Assembly (NCBI GenBank): GCA_963758525.1
Contig: CAVWVQ010000003.1
Coordinates: forward strand, 2,816,001 to 2,880,000
Direction: 5' to 3'
Length of the DNA: 64,000 nucleotides
DNA from: an uncultured Phycisphaerales bacterium
GTDB lineage: Bacteria > Planctomycetota > Phycisphaerae > Tepidisphaerales > Tepidisphaeraceae
Shown: in pieces, positions 13,454 to 25,563 of the stretch
How the letters are laid out: each line of letters opens with the position of its first letter
Numbering within the stretch: position 1 is the stretch's first letter
Program-made: the position numbers and the translations under genes
Notes under the pieces: model-generated
Database searches by the model: none
What the model was told of the DNA's origin: nothing
Seen by the model: the letters and a program-made list of their open reading frames with translations, nothing else

Positions 13454-13805
13454 GACCCGACAGGCTGCTCTTGCAGGACATCCTCGAATCGATCGCCGAA
13501 GTGCTCGACACACCACGCCTCAGACGCAAGCCGAGTTCGATGCGAACAAGCTGATCGGCACCTATCTCTTGCGGCACATCCAGATTATCGGCGAAGCAAG
13601 TTGGCGTCTTTCCCGAGCGACGAAGGAGCAGCATCCCCAAGTGCCGTGGAAGCAAATTGCCGGCATGAGGCACGTGCTTGTGCACGATTACTTCGAGGTC
13701 AATTGGAAACGCGTCTACGATACCGCCCGTGACCATGTGCCTGTCCTTAAACCGCAGATCGAAGCCATTCCCGCCTCGCTCCCACCGGATTCACAAGCTA
13801 TTTAA
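13450..13805 (+). CDS. HEPN (DUF86) RNase toxin, frameshift near 13510
   Basis: GTG overlaps the MNT stop. MRPDRLLLQDILESI joins IIGEA..PW..IAGMRHVLVHDY (Rx4H). Confidence 0.85.
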
Positions 13806-13892
13806 ATTGCCGATTCACCTATCGCAGCATGGAACGTTTGCGATGGTTCTCGTCACAAGCCAAAGCGGGTAAAGTAATGATCGGAGTTTTTC

Positions 13893-15353
13893 ATGGACCG
13901 ATTGTTGGATCCAATTGAATTTCAGCAGCGTGTCAGCCGGCGTAGCTTTCTAGGCCGGGCGGGGCTCGGCTTGGGCGGTATCGCGCTGGCAAGTCTGCTC
14001 CGGCCCGCGCGGGCGATGGACCTGGCGCCTTCCGCGCCGGCCGCGGGCGGGCGCTGGATGGGCGCCGCGCGTCCGACCAATTTTCCGATCCGCGCCAAAC
14101 GCGTGATTCATCTCTGCATGGCCGGCGGTCCGAGCCAGTTTGAGAGCCTCGACAACAAGCCTCAGCTCGCGGCGATGCATGGCAAGCCGTTCCCGGAAAG
14201 CTTCACGCGCGGCCAGCAGCTTGCGCAATTGCAGGGGACGCCGCTGATCGCCCGCGGCTCATTCACCCGCTTCAACAGATATGGCTCCAGCGGCCAGGAG
14301 ATCTCCGACCTTTTTCCCCATATCTCGAAGATTGCCGACGACATTTGCATCATCCGCTCGATGACGACGGAGCAGATCAATCACGATCCCGCGCAGGCGT
14401 TCATGAACAGCGGCTCGATTCGCAAGGGTTATCCGAGCATGGGTTCGTGGCTGTTGTACGGGCTGGGCGCCGATACCGAGAGCCTGCCGGGGTTTGTGGT
14501 GTTCGTCTCGCAGGGAGGCGCCGGCGGCGCACAGCCGGTGTCGGCCCGGCAGTGGTCCAGCGGCTTTCTTCCGAGCCGGTTTCAGGGTGTGCAGTTTCAG
14601 TCCAAGGGGGACGCGGTGCATTACGTCGGCAGCCCGCCGGGCGTGTCGCCGGGAACGCAAAAGCAGGTGGTCGACGAGGTGAAGCGTCTGGATGGCATGC
14701 TGGATGCCGGGCGGTATGACCCGGAAATTCAGGCGCGGATCGCGCAGTATGAAATGGCGTTTCGCATGCAGACGAGCGTGCCGGAGCTGACCGATTTCGC
14801 GAGCGAGCCGGCAAATATGCTGGAGATGTACGGCGTGAAGCATCCCGGCGACGGGAGCTTCGCGTCCAATTGCCTGCTGGCGCGCCGGCTGGCCGAGCGC
14901 GGGGTGCGGTTCATTCAGCTCTATCATCGCGCCTGGGATCATCATGGCGACATCGAGAAGAACATGCCGATCGCAGCGCGGGAAACCGACCAGGCCAGTG
15001 CCGCGCTGGTGCAGGATCTCAAGCAGCGCGGCATGCTCGACGACACGCTGATCATCTGGGGCGGCGAGTTTGGACGAACTCCGATGGGCCAGGGGACCGG
15101 GCGCGATCATCACATTAATGCCTTCTCCCTCTGGATGGCCGGCGGCGGGGTGCGCGGCGGAATGACCTACGGCGGCACCGACGAGCTTGGCTACCGTGCC
15201 GTGGAAAATGTCGTCACCACACATGATTTTCACGCGACGCTTTTGCACCTTTGCGGGATTGATGCCGATCGGTTCAGCCGAAAGTTTCAGGGTTTGGATG
15301 CGCGGTTGATCGGCGTTGAACCGGCCAGCGTAGTGCGGGCGATTCTGGCGTGA
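13893..15353 (+). CDS. DUF1501 family Tat-exported protein
   Basis: SRRSFLG twin-arginine motif, AKRVIHLCMAGGPSQ, WDHHG, WGGEFGRTP. Confidence 0.92.
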   Translation: MDRLLDPIEFQQRVSRRSFLGRAGLGLGGIALASLLRPARAMDLAPSAPAAGGRWMGAARPTNFPIRAKRVIHLCMAGGPSQFESLDNKPQLAAMHGKPFPESFTRGQQLAQLQGTPLIARGSFTRFNRYGSSGQEISDLFPHISKIADDICIIRSMTTEQINHDPAQAFMNSGSIRKGYPSMGSWLLYGLGADTESLPGFVVFVSQGGAGGAQPVSARQWSSGFLPSRFQGVQFQSKGDAVHYVGSPPGVSPGTQKQVVDEVKRLDGMLDAGRYDPEIQARIAQYEMAFRMQTSVPELTDFASEPANMLEMYGVKHPGDGSFASNCLLARRLAERGVRFIQLYHRAWDHHGDIEKNMPIAARETDQASAALVQDLKQRGMLDDTLIIWGGEFGRTPMGQGTGRDHHINAFSLWMAGGGVRGGMTYGGTDELGYRAVENVVTTHDFHATLLHLCGIDADRFSRKFQGLDARLIGVEPASVVRAILA

Positions 15354-15355
15354 AA

Positions 15356-16321
15356 TCAAGGCAACGTGAACCCAGCCTGCTTCACGAAATCGGGATCGAG
15401 CTTGTAGGGAATCGTGTTGGTGAGCGGGAGCACTTCGACGGGGGCGCGAATGCAGAACAATTGTGCGGCGGCGGGAGGGCCGACGATTAAATCGACCCAG
15501 TCGCTGCTGTCGGGAAGCAGGGCGAGACATGAGACGCTTTGCGAAAGCTGGAGTCGCATGAAGCGAATCCAGAGATCGGCTGATTGAGCCTGCGATGCCG
15601 GGCCGCGGGGGACGCGAATGGCCTGGGGGCGCAGCGAGATGCTCCTGGTGGTCGACGATGGCTTGGCGTCGCGATAGGCGCCCATCTCGCGCTCCATGTG
15701 GTAGAGGATGCGGAGGATGCCCTCGTGGCCGGGGCCGAGCTCGGGCACGCGGTTGAATACCGCGCGTGCATCCGCCTCGGCGACGGTTTCGTTTCCGTCG
15801 GGCGCCGGGTCGGGCGCGAGGATGCGCTGCCGAAGCTGGGTGCGCGCCTTGTCCATGGCTGTCTGAACATCTTCGGGGGAATCAATCGCGGCAAGCTGGG
15901 TCTGCAATTCCCGCGCTTCGGCGAAGCAAGTTTCTGCAACGCGCAGGCCGCCCAACCCGCTGCACTCGGCGGCCACGATCATCGGGTAGGCGTCGCGACC
16001 CTTCCCATCGCTGGACTGCCATAATCTCCCGGCAATCAGCACCGTCGGCGTTCGCCAGAGGAATGCATGGCCGAATGGGATGGGCGGATGTTCTTCCTTC
16101 CTGAGCTTGTCCCAGGCTCCGTTTTCGATATTTCCGCGAATGCCGCCGTAGAGAAGCTGCTTGAATTCGATGAGAGCGTTAGTCTCGAGCCCGAGATGAT
16201 CGGGCATGTGATCGTCCCATGCCGGGTGCTTGCCAAACGCCGCGAGAAAAACCTGCGGCGGTTGAACGGGCGCGGGAGCCGCCAGTTTGGAGACGAAGCG
16301 GCGCAGGAACGATTCGGCCAT
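15356..16321 (-). CDS. T6SS-associated TagF-like protein
   Basis: FGKHPAWDDH and SSDGKGRDAYP resemble TagF/DUF2094 motifs. Directly downstream of tssM. Confidence 0.7.
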   Translation of the reverse strand: MAESFLRRFVSKLAAPAPVQPPQVFLAAFGKHPAWDDHMPDHLGLETNALIEFKQLLYGGIRGNIENGAWDKLRKEEHPPIPFGHAFLWRTPTVLIAGRLWQSSDGKGRDAYPMIVAAECSGLGGLRVAETCFAEARELQTQLAAIDSPEDVQTAMDKARTQLRQRILAPDPAPDGNETVAEADARAVFNRVPELGPGHEGILRILYHMEREMGAYRDAKPSSTTRSISLRPQAIRVPRGPASQAQSADLWIRFMRLQLSQSVSCLALLPDSSDWVDLIVGPPAAAQLFCIRAPVEVLPLTNTIPYKLDPDFVKQAGFTLP

Positions 16322-16333
16322 GACAACTCCGCG

Positions 16334-19300
16334 TCAGTTCGAACTCAGGTCACCCAGGGCGTGCCACGCGGCGATGGGGGGCAGCCCACGATCGAACTCC
16401 AACTGAAACCAGGTTGAAAAGACGTGCTGCTGCTTGGAAATCTGCAGCTCGATGCACCATCGCTTGCCGTCCTCGCTGACCCGCCGCCCATTTTTGGTGA
16501 CGAGCAGTTGCAGAAGCTGCCAGTTTTTCATCGGCGTTTCCTGCACGCCATCGGGAACCACGACGTCGGGATTGTTGGCCGAAGGGATCACGAAGAAACT
16601 GAACGTGACCTTGTTGCCCGGGAACAGCACCTGGCCCATCTCGCGGGCGGTCAGCTCGGCGGGGTCGTTGCGGCTTTTGTCCTGCTGAATGGTGATTCGG
16701 CTGGAAATTCCGCCTTCCTGGTCCAACTGCACGTCGCTCCATTGCGATGAGGCGTCGAGCACGCCGGCGCTGGGGAAATGCGTGCGCAGCCATTGCTGGC
16801 AGAACCCGCCCCACTGGCGGGAATCGATGGGGGAGAACGGGATGGAAATCTTGCACGAGTATGGCTGGTTTTCGCTGGGAGGCAGCGCATCGACGAACTG
16901 CTTGAGATCGCTCAGGCGGGCCAGTTGCGGGGCGGTGAGGGCGCCGCTGGAGATGCGATCGAGATCGGCATTGATCGCGTCCAGGTTGTTCAACCGGCCC
17001 CCGCTGCCGATATCGACATCTTCCCCGGCCCCTTTGCCGGCAACGGGAGTGGGGATCGAGGCGAGCACGGCGCGCAGTTGATTCAGCTCATTGAAGGTGA
17101 GCAGCCCGACGTTGGGATCGTACGTGGCGAGCGGGAATTTCTTGTATTTCGCAAGCCCGCGGCGCATCTCGCGCCCCGCCGACTCGGCGGAATCCGCCAG
17201 CAGATGCAGCATGCCGGTCGAGAGATCGTTCCAGTATGCCGTCACGAAATCGACGTCGGAGGCGGCGGCGTTCTGCGGAGGGAGAACCAGGTAAAATACA
17301 AATTTGGTCGGCTTGAGCGCCAGCAGCTTGGTGCGGGCCAGTGCCGGGTCCGCGCCCAACGAGCGCCAGCTTGCCAAAGCGACGTCAAACTCGTTCTCCG
17401 GCGGGGCGTTGTGCTGCAGCGCGGTGCGTGCCCCCGCAATCTGCGTCCGGATCTGCTTGATATCCGGATTCTCATCGGGGTGCGCGATGAACGGCACGAT
17501 TTTGTTGGACGCCTGCTCGATCTTGTCGGCGAATTCGCCCAGCGGCTTATTAATCTGCGAGGCCCGCGCGGGCAGGCCCCCTTTGCCCTGCGCGTCGGCC
17601 CACGTATTGATGCCGGCATGCGCCAGATCGAGCTTGGGCATCTCCACCTTGGACCAGTAGCCCAGATAAAGATGCGCGTAGGCATCCAGCGCCGACTGAA
17701 GCCTGGCGCGGCGATCGGAGAGGTCGTCGGTGTCGAGCACTAATTCGGTCTTCGATCCGACGTCGACGTGCTGAATCTGCCGTTGCGCCGCCTGCAGGAT
17801 ATCGGAAGCGGCGACGGGATTGAATCCTGGCTCGGTGGGCATGGGATTGCTGTTTGAAGTGAGGGGAAGGGGAGGCAGGGTGTACGGCTCGGCGGCGCGC
17901 TGGGCAACCAGATCGCGAACTTCCTCGCCCGAGCCGGGCGTTCCCTGCAGAAGCAGCATCGCCGATTGATAGCGCTCGACAGGGTCGGCCATTCGATTCA
18001 TGAGGATGGCGCTGTTTGTCCGCAAATCATTGCAAATAGGCTGGGGGGGCATGAGCCGTTCGGCATCCTCCACTTCAGCATGCGCTGATTGAAGACGCTG
18101 CGCCTCATCGACGGGAACGGCGTCGATCCATGCCGCGGCTGAAGGCTGCGTTTGCGCATTGGCCGCCGTCGCGTCCAAAAGCCGAGCGTTCAGTTTCGCG
18201 TAGACATCCGCCACGCCTTTGTAGATCGGCACGGGCGTGCCGTCGGCGGAGGTGTAGGAACTGAGAATGCCGCTGTCCATGTCCTTCAACTCATTCTGCA
18301 GCGGGACGTTGACGGCCACGCCGGATGCAACGGATGCAGCGCCGTCTTCGAGCATTTTGCGCTGACGGTAGATGGTCTCGCATTTGGGATCCTGCTCCGC
18401 CTCGGGCTTGAGCTTGGGGAGTTCTGCCAGCAGCGCGGCAAAAGCGCTCGACCCATCCGACTGGACGCGGGCAAGTTCCGCGGCGTAGGTATCCGCCAGG
18501 GGCGTCGTCCCGTCCCATCCCATCGCGGCGAGCTGCGCTTCCATGGCGCGCTCGGCGTTGGCGTGCCGCGCCCATGCGGATTGCCACATGGCGCGATCAT
18601 CGTTGTAGTCTTTCGTCGCCGTCGGCGGCTTGTGCTCGATCGCCTGGCAGACCTGCTTGAGCTCATCGAACGATCGCTTGAGATTGGCAACGGAGTTGCG
18701 GGTTTTGATCAGCGAAGTCAGACGGGGATTGCTGCCGTTGATCTGCGCGGTCCAGTAGTCGACAAACCTGGAAATGCCAGCGTCAGGAGTAACCGTGGTG
18801 ATGTCCGACTGCGGCGGCCACATGCTCTTTTGTTTTTGCAGCCAGGTCAGACTTTGCTGCAACGGAAGCAGCGCCTTTTCCTTCCGCAGCTTCTCGTAAT
18901 CCGAGGGGAGCACGTATTGCACAATCGGCAAAAGATCCAGTTCCTGGGGCGCCGACGACTTGCTCAAGAGCGATGCTCCGGCGGCCAGCGCGCTGCTCGC
19001 GGAGGGCTGGGAAGCCGAGAGCGCACCGTCGATGGCGCCGGTGAGCGACAGCCCATCGGACAGGAACGGTGCGACCGCGTTTTTGTTGGCGGCGGCTTCA
19101 AACCGCAGCGACTGCGTGAGCGCGTGGGCCGCGGCGGGGGGCCATTCCCCCGACTTTTCGGCGCCCAGCTTGGTGTTGGCGGCATCCAGAATCGGCCGCA
19201 ACACCTGCGAGATGTAGAGAATTCCCCAATCCTCCTCCCGTCGATCGGCCAGCGTATGACTGCGATCCACGAGCCACGAGGCGGGCCGCAGCGCCCAGGG

Positions 19301-20912
19301 AACGCTGATCGGTTCCTGCACGTGTTGCCAGGCCACGTTGTAAAACTGGCCGATCGTTGAAGGATCGTCCCCGACGATCAACGGGTCATCGAATCTGCTG
19401 CGAAACCGCGCCTTGGGATCCGGGATTGGAGCGATAAGGCTGAGATTCACATCCGGGCGCGACACGACCTCGCTGACGGCTTGCCAATAGTCGTTTTGCC
19501 CGCGGATGCCGCGATTCAGATCCTGCGCACGAACCAGGTGACGGCGCACAGCGCGATCGCCGCGGCAAACCCGGCGCCCAGCAGCGCCATCGTGCGCCGG
19601 CGCTGCGCCTTTTTGGTATCCGACGAGCGGGTTACCAGTCCGCGCTCCGGGAATACCTTCTTGAGAAAGATGTCCCTCAGAAAAAACGAACGATCCTGCT
19701 CCCAGCTTCGCCCCTCGGGAAGAGAATCCACCGGCACGTGCAGCAGCGAAGCCAACTGCGCATCGAGCGCGCCGTCCTTGGTCATCGAGCTGGTGAAATA
19801 GATGCCGCGAAGAAACAGCGGCTGCGCCCATCCGCTCTGCACAAAGACGGTTTCGAGATACCGGCGCAAGCGGGGCCCGATCTGCAGCAGGCTGTCGGGA
19901 AGGGCGAAGAGGTCGTCCACTTCATCAATCCGCCGGCCGTCGGCACTCTCCACCGGCACCGGATCAAGCAGCAGCCCGAAGCGCCGTTCGAGCAGACGTT
20001 TGCGAACGTCGCGCAGATGCTGGTCAACCAGCTCAGGATTGAACGGCGTGTCGAGCGGGGTGGGGTTGGACCAGCCGAGAACCTGGTGCTGCGCCTGCGG
20101 ATCGCGCAATCCATCGAAGAACGGGCGAAAGCCGTTAATCTTGTCGCACTTGGTGATGACGATGTAAACCGGAAAGCGGACGTTGAGCGTGACCTGGATG
20201 CGATTGAGTTGCTGGGCGATGACGCTGGCCTTTTTCTCGATCTCGTCGGAGGTGTCCTTGATCAGGCTGTCCGCGGGAATCACCAGCAGCAGCCCGTTGA
20301 TCGGACAGTCGTAGCGCTGCTTGACGAGCAGTTCGAGAAATTCCACCCATTCACTGGATGCGCCAGCCTGCACCTCGTCAAACAAATAGCGGCCGGCGGT
20401 GTCGAGGATCACGGCCTCGTTGGAGAACCACCAGTTCATGTTGACCGTGCCGCCGGTTCCCTGAAACATGTCCTGCAAGCCGGGAGGAAACGGCAGGCTG
20501 GATCGGCGGATTGCCTCGGTTTTTCCCGAACCGGCTTCGCCGATCAGCAGATACCAGGGAAGGGTGTAGAGATCTTTCCCGGCGGCGCGAAGCTTGGTGA
20601 TTCCGGATTCAAAATTCTTGCGGAGGTCATCGAGTTGGGCGCGGCGAGCCGCCTCGGTGATCGATTGGGGAGTGGTGCCTGCCGCTCCGGCAATGGTCTG
20701 GGTGAAGGGGCTGGCCTTGGCGCCGCAAGCCACTTGAGGATCAGGCTGAAAATGAGCAGCAGAACAAAGAGAACGACGATGCCGGCCAGGATGATGAGAA
20801 TGACTTCTTTCTTGAAGCCGAAGATCGACGCCGCGCCGACGACTCCGCCGCCGCCCACGACGGCAGCGCCCATCTTCACCGTCCCTGAGCCATCCGATCC
20901 CGCCGTTGCCAT
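16334..20912 (-). CDS. tssM: T6SS membrane complex protein TssM/IcmF, about 1525 aa after joining two frameshifts (~20725, ~19525)
   Basis: N-terminal [17 protein letters not shown] (Walker A), [46 protein letters not shown], a further TM, then a long exported domain. Confidence 0.9.
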
Positions 20913-20938
20913 AACCCTTCCTTTGCAATCGAAACGTT

Positions 20939-21691
20939 CTACTGCGCCGCCGCCGGCGGTGCGTCCGCCGGGGCCGGCACATCACTGGCAGTCAGACGAG
21001 AATGGATATCATTCAGCGGCTTGGCCAACTGCGTTGAGGAATCGACATAGAGATAGACGTTTGCCACCAGCAGGGCAATGACCAGCACCGCCAGCGCAAT
21101 GCCAATGCCCACCAGGCTCGAGCCGATCCGCTTGAAGAGAATCCGCGTGTCGGCAATGTACGCTTCGGGGCAGATGCGCGACGTTTCGTCCGCCTTGATC
21201 ATGCCCCGAAGCCGGGCGGCGCACTCGAGCATCTTCTTCCGGAGAATCTCCGGCTGCCCGGTATACAGCCCGGTGAAACCAAGCCCGATGCACGTGTAAA
21301 AAACTGCGATCCGCTCGGTGGCGGCTTCGCTTCGATCCTTGAGCGTTACGTCCAGCACCTCAAAAAACTTTTCGTCGCCCGCCCGCTCGCGCTCTTCCTC
21401 TTCGGCCAGATCCATCCACGCATGAGCAAATGAAAGGCTGCTGCTGCGCACCATAAAATCGACGAAACAGAGGAGGATCAGATAGATCTGCCCTCGATCG
21501 GAAGAGAGATGCGCCGTCAGTTGCGGATCGTTCTGGCTCTTGGCCTTGATCTCGCCGAGCAGCGATTTGATCTCGGAACGAACGTGCGATTCGTCGAGAT
21601 CGCCCCCTTTGCGAGCCGAGCGATTCAACTGGCACACGTACTGGAAGAGCGGCTCACAAACGTCCAGCAGATCCGATTGCTGCAACTTCAT
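20939..21691 (-). CDS. tssL: T6SS TssL/DotU
   Basis: [27 protein letters not shown] and a C-terminal TM. ATGA-coupled to tssK. Confidence 0.9.
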   Translation of the reverse strand: MKLQQSDLLDVCEPLFQYVCQLNRSARKGGDLDESHVRSEIKSLLGEIKAKSQNDPQLTAHLSSDRGQIYLILLCFVDFMVRSSSLSFAHAWMDLAEEEERERAGDEKFFEVLDVTLKDRSEAATERIAVFYTCIGLGFTGLYTGQPEILRKKMLECAARLRGMIKADETSRICPEAYIADTRILFKRIGSSLVGIGIALAVLVIALLVANVYLYVDSSTQLAKPLNDIHSRLTASDVPAPADAPPAAAQ

Positions 21692-23057
21692 CGCGTCGCC
21701 TCCTCAATGGTGGGAAGCGTCATGTAGAGCGCGATCTGATAGTCCGATGTGTCCATCCCGCTCCAATGAATGTGCAGCTCCTTGTCCGCCTTGGCGAAAT
21801 CCCACATCACTTTACTCTCCGGCCGCAGCACGCGGAAATAGAGAACGCCGCGCTCCAGCACCTGCGGCGGCTGGCGCTCTTCCCGGAGCAGAATCCCGCG
21901 GACGCGCATATGGCTGCGCAACTTGGGCATGAACTTGAACTTGTCTGGATTCTCCACGAGCGGCACCACGGCGCGGCCGTCTTCGCTGGTTTTGATGCCA
22001 ATGAAATAGTCGCTGGGCCGCGTGATGTGATCGGCTGAGAGCGCCGCGGTCAGCACCGCGCCGCGCGCGTAAACGGAACCTTCGCAAACGTCTCATGCTC
22101 GACGTCACGCAGGTACGGGCGGATGCGGTCGTTGAGCTCATTGAACGCGATGGCTGGATTGTCGTGGTCGTAGTTGGCGACTTCAAACTCATCGCGTTCG
22201 GGCTGCAGTGCCGCCAGCTCGCCCAGCAGCTCGCGAAGTTCGAGATACACCTCGAACGGGGTGATCGCGGGCGCCTCGGCCAGGTGCGGAAGCCGGGCCG
22301 CGAAGCGATTGAGCGTGCGCAGCCGCAGCACCTGCCCGAATTGCGGCGCGCGCAGCGCGTCGAGCTTGAATCCGCCGCGCACGATTTCGGCGGCGAGCTT
22401 CTTACGGCTCGCCGACACCTGATTGGCGAGGTTGCGAACGATGTCGATCATCGCCACCGACCCCTGCAGAACCAGGCAGGGAGGAATGAACAAGCTGTCG
22501 GGCGAGGGAAGCCCCGCGTCCTGTCCGGTGGCATGGACGATGCGAATCAATGGGAGCACTTCCATGTCGCCGCGATCGTCCTCATCGAGGAGCAGGCGGG
22601 CGTTGAGCCGTCGCACCGAAATCGGCTGGGGGTTCTCGCCGGTGTTTTCATCCGCCTGGTTGATTTCCTTGACCTGATACAGGCGCTTGGCTCGAGAGCC
22701 GTCGGTGCTGCTGTTTTGAATCGTGTTGCCGCGCGTGGGGTACCAGATGGGGACCGCCAGCGAGATGGTGAACGGCTGCCCCGCGACAAACGCCTGTTTG
22801 ATGTCGAGGGGCGGGAGGTCCGCATTTTCGGGGAAGTTCAGGGCCAGCCCGCTGGGCAGGATGGCTCGGAGACGATCGAACTTGATCGTGTGATTCTGCA
22901 GCGCGTCCTGGGAGAGCTTGGCCTCGATCAATCCATAGGGGAATGACCAGCCGAGCCGCCGGGATTCGACAACGCCGTCCAGCAGGCTGCGCTGCATCAC
23001 CTGCAGATGATGCGGCTGCAAAAACAGCCCTTCCGACCAATGAACCTGCTCACCCAT
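21688..23057 (-). CDS. tssK: T6SS baseplate protein TssK (frameshift near 22060)
   Basis: VHWSEGLFLQPHHLQ, FIPPCL, YDHDN, LYFR in the C-terminal frame. GAGG RBS before ATG 23057. Confidence 0.92.
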
Positions 23058-23112
23058 TGCGACCTCTGATGCTCTGTGACTAAAGAGCGATTCGTACAAC
23101 TCCGGCAGTCCG

Positions 23113-24015
23113 CTACCGGCGGATCAATTCCTCTACAAATGTCGCGATCGCGCGCTGGATTTCGTCGTTGACCGTCGCCGTGTCCCGGGCACTGGCCAAT
23201 TCCACGTACTTTCGCCAGCACTTCACTTCTGTCCCGAAGACTCCGCCGCCGACGAGCAGCTTGATCTCATCCGGCGAACACGAATTGAAAAACTGCGTCG
23301 CGAAGCGTCCCGCCTGCGGGATGGCCGTCACCAGGGCGGCGATCAACGCGCGATCCTTGGCAATGTCCTGCGACACCTGCCCCAGCGACATCTCCTCGTC
23401 GCCGGCCAGGAATCGGCGAATGTCCTTCTGCGTGTTCATCGGCCGCTTGATTGGCGTATTCGGCGCGGCGACGCTCCTCCAGGCCGTCCAGACGGCGCTT
23501 TCGATGCTGAGCAAAAACTCCGTCAGCATCGCGATCAAATGCAGCGCCCGGCGCGGGTCGATCGACTCCTGCGGAGTCATCTGCAGCTTCTTGCACAGCT
23601 CGGCCAGCGGTTCGGCCGGCCATTGCATCGCGTTCTGGTCCACCGCGATTCCCGACTCCTGCTGAAATTTCGCGACCACCGCCCGCTTGGAACTCTCCGG
23701 CAGCGTCTTGCACACCTGAATCAGCCGGGTGAGCAGATAGGCCGGATCGTTCATCTCCCGCTTGGAAAATTGCTCCTTCGGCTCCCCCTGCGCCGGAGGC
23801 GCGGCGGCATCCCACGTCGGGAACCGGCCTTGCAGGTCTTCCAGGAACTGCGATCGCTCGCTGGGAACGATGTCCGCCAGCGCGCGGCGAACCTCCTCGG
23901 AAAGATAATCGCGCCGGACGTCTTCTTTTTCGTCGGCAAAGTCGATCTGAGCCAGCCGCAGCCGGTTGGCGACCGCCGCCACCCGATCTGCCCTCGCCGC
24001 GTCGTTGCCTGCCAT
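23113..24015 (-). CDS. Hypothetical T6SS-associated protein; C-terminus resembles the TagH/Fha C-terminal domain, no FHA domain
   Basis: AAGGAG RBS before ATG 24015. First gene of the tss operon, ending SPDEIK..GGGVFG..KCWRKYVEL..FVEE. Confidence 0.55.
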   Translation of the reverse strand: MAGNDAARADRVAAVANRLRLAQIDFADEKEDVRRDYLSEEVRRALADIVPSERSQFLEDLQGRFPTWDAAAPPAQGEPKEQFSKREMNDPAYLLTRLIQVCKTLPESSKRAVVAKFQQESGIAVDQNAMQWPAEPLAELCKKLQMTPQESIDPRRALHLIAMLTEFLLSIESAVWTAWRSVAAPNTPIKRPMNTQKDIRRFLAGDEEMSLGQVSQDIAKDRALIAALVTAIPQAGRFATQFFNSCSPDEIKLLVGGGVFGTEVKCWRKYVELASARDTATVNDEIQRAIATFVEELIRR

Positions 24016-24743
24016 CTCAAACTCCTTGAACCGCACGCGGTTACGCACTGTTTCACAGCGCCGGCAGATGGTACCAAGCTTCTTGGATCATTCGCAAGAA
24101 ATTCCTGAGCCAGGACTTGCCGTCATTGCCGTCACCCTGGCCCAAGAGACCCGCGCGCCACGCTGCGGAAGCGAGAAAAGGGGTTGCGCGCCGCCATCCG
24201 CGGGAGGTCCATCAATTCGGCCCAACATTCAATCCGCCGCTTCGGGCGCGATTTCCCGGAGCGTCAGTTTATCAATCTTTACATAATTTGACGTTCCCCG
24301 GGGAGGGGTGACAAGATGCTGCAAGACACTTATCCCTTCCGCTCCGCCCGACGACCGCCACGCGTGCGAATCTCCCAAAGCCGGCGGACCCTCCGTCGGA
24401 ATTGATCTGCACATGGCGCCGCCCGATGCTTCTGGCTCCTGACTTCTTGCTTCTGACTCCTTTCCCAGTCCACAGCTTGATATGTTTTAAGCGAGCAAGG
24501 AACAGTTCCCTTCGTGCGGCAGTTTACCCGCCGCGGCGGGTGCCTCTCCCCACCCGTCCCTCGCTCATGCGACATCGCGCGACAGATTTTGCAGCGCCGC
24601 ATGTCGCATCGGGCACGCAACTCATTGCCATGCCTTGGGATGCTCTCCAGCCTGGCGCGACACCGCGCGCAACAGTTGCGCGCCGTTTGCTAAAAACGCG
24701 GCATCCGGCACGCTCGCCGTGTACGACGCGCCTCCTTCGCCGC

Positions 24744-25471
24744 TCTCCAGCCGCGCCAGCCCGAAAGAGTGATTGCCACGAAACAACACAAACGACACAA
24801 AAAAAATAGCCTGGGGACCAGAGCAGCTTCCGGTTCACTTTCTGCTATTGCGCGTCGCCGCTCTATTTCCTTTTTGTGTTTTTGTGTTTTTGTGGCCATT
24901 CGCTCTTTGATTCCAACGCGCTCGGCCATGGTCTGCGTGCGTCGTCAATGGAGTGCGCCTTGGTGCTGAACCTGCGGCTGTCCCCGCCGATCTGTTGCGA
25001 TTGCGTCACGGTATCCTTTTCGCTCGCCCCCGTACGACATTGGTTGGCTCCTGTTTCTCCTGCGCCGACGATTCCGTCTGTTCGAGGCGTAGGGTCCGCT
25101 CGGCGGCTCCTAAGGTACGCCTCGAATGGCCGAAAGCGTAGAGCCGCCGTGCGGACCATTCCTCGACTTCCGCGAGAATCCTCGACGGCGCTCTCCGCTT
25201 TCCATGATGAGCTATCCATCCAAACCGTCTCTAACAGATTTCGCAGACGGCAATCCACCTTGATTGCGTGTGTCCTACGAAATCGCCCCTTCGCAATGCG
25301 ACGATTCCTGCCGCCCGAATTGCGATCAGTAAGTCTCGACCTCAGCTCTATCCCGTATGATGGCACGAAATGGCACGATTTGGCACATTATTTTTCTCAA
25401 CCGACAAGAGCCGTAGCTCCAAACCTGATGGTTATACCGGCGCCATAATGGTTAATTCTCTGCGCCGTTTG
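24744..25471 (+). repeat. ~730-bp imperfect direct repeat, copy 1
   Basis: Runs tctccagccgcgccagccc to gttaattctctgcgccgtttg and matches 26411..27141. Confidence 0.95.
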
Positions 25472-25563
25472 GTATTTGTCCTATCGGCTCTGATGGGCGT
25501 CAGCCTTCTTGGGCTGTGGATACAAAGCCATCGGGTGTGCATTGTTGCAACTGTTCCCATTCG
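25448..25563 (+). pseudogene. 5' stub of a membrane-protein gene cut by the RAYT element
   Basis: MVNSLRRLVFVLSALMGVSLLGLWIQSH is an N-terminal TM that runs into the repeat at 25564. Its first 8 codons recur at 27118. Confidence 0.5.
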
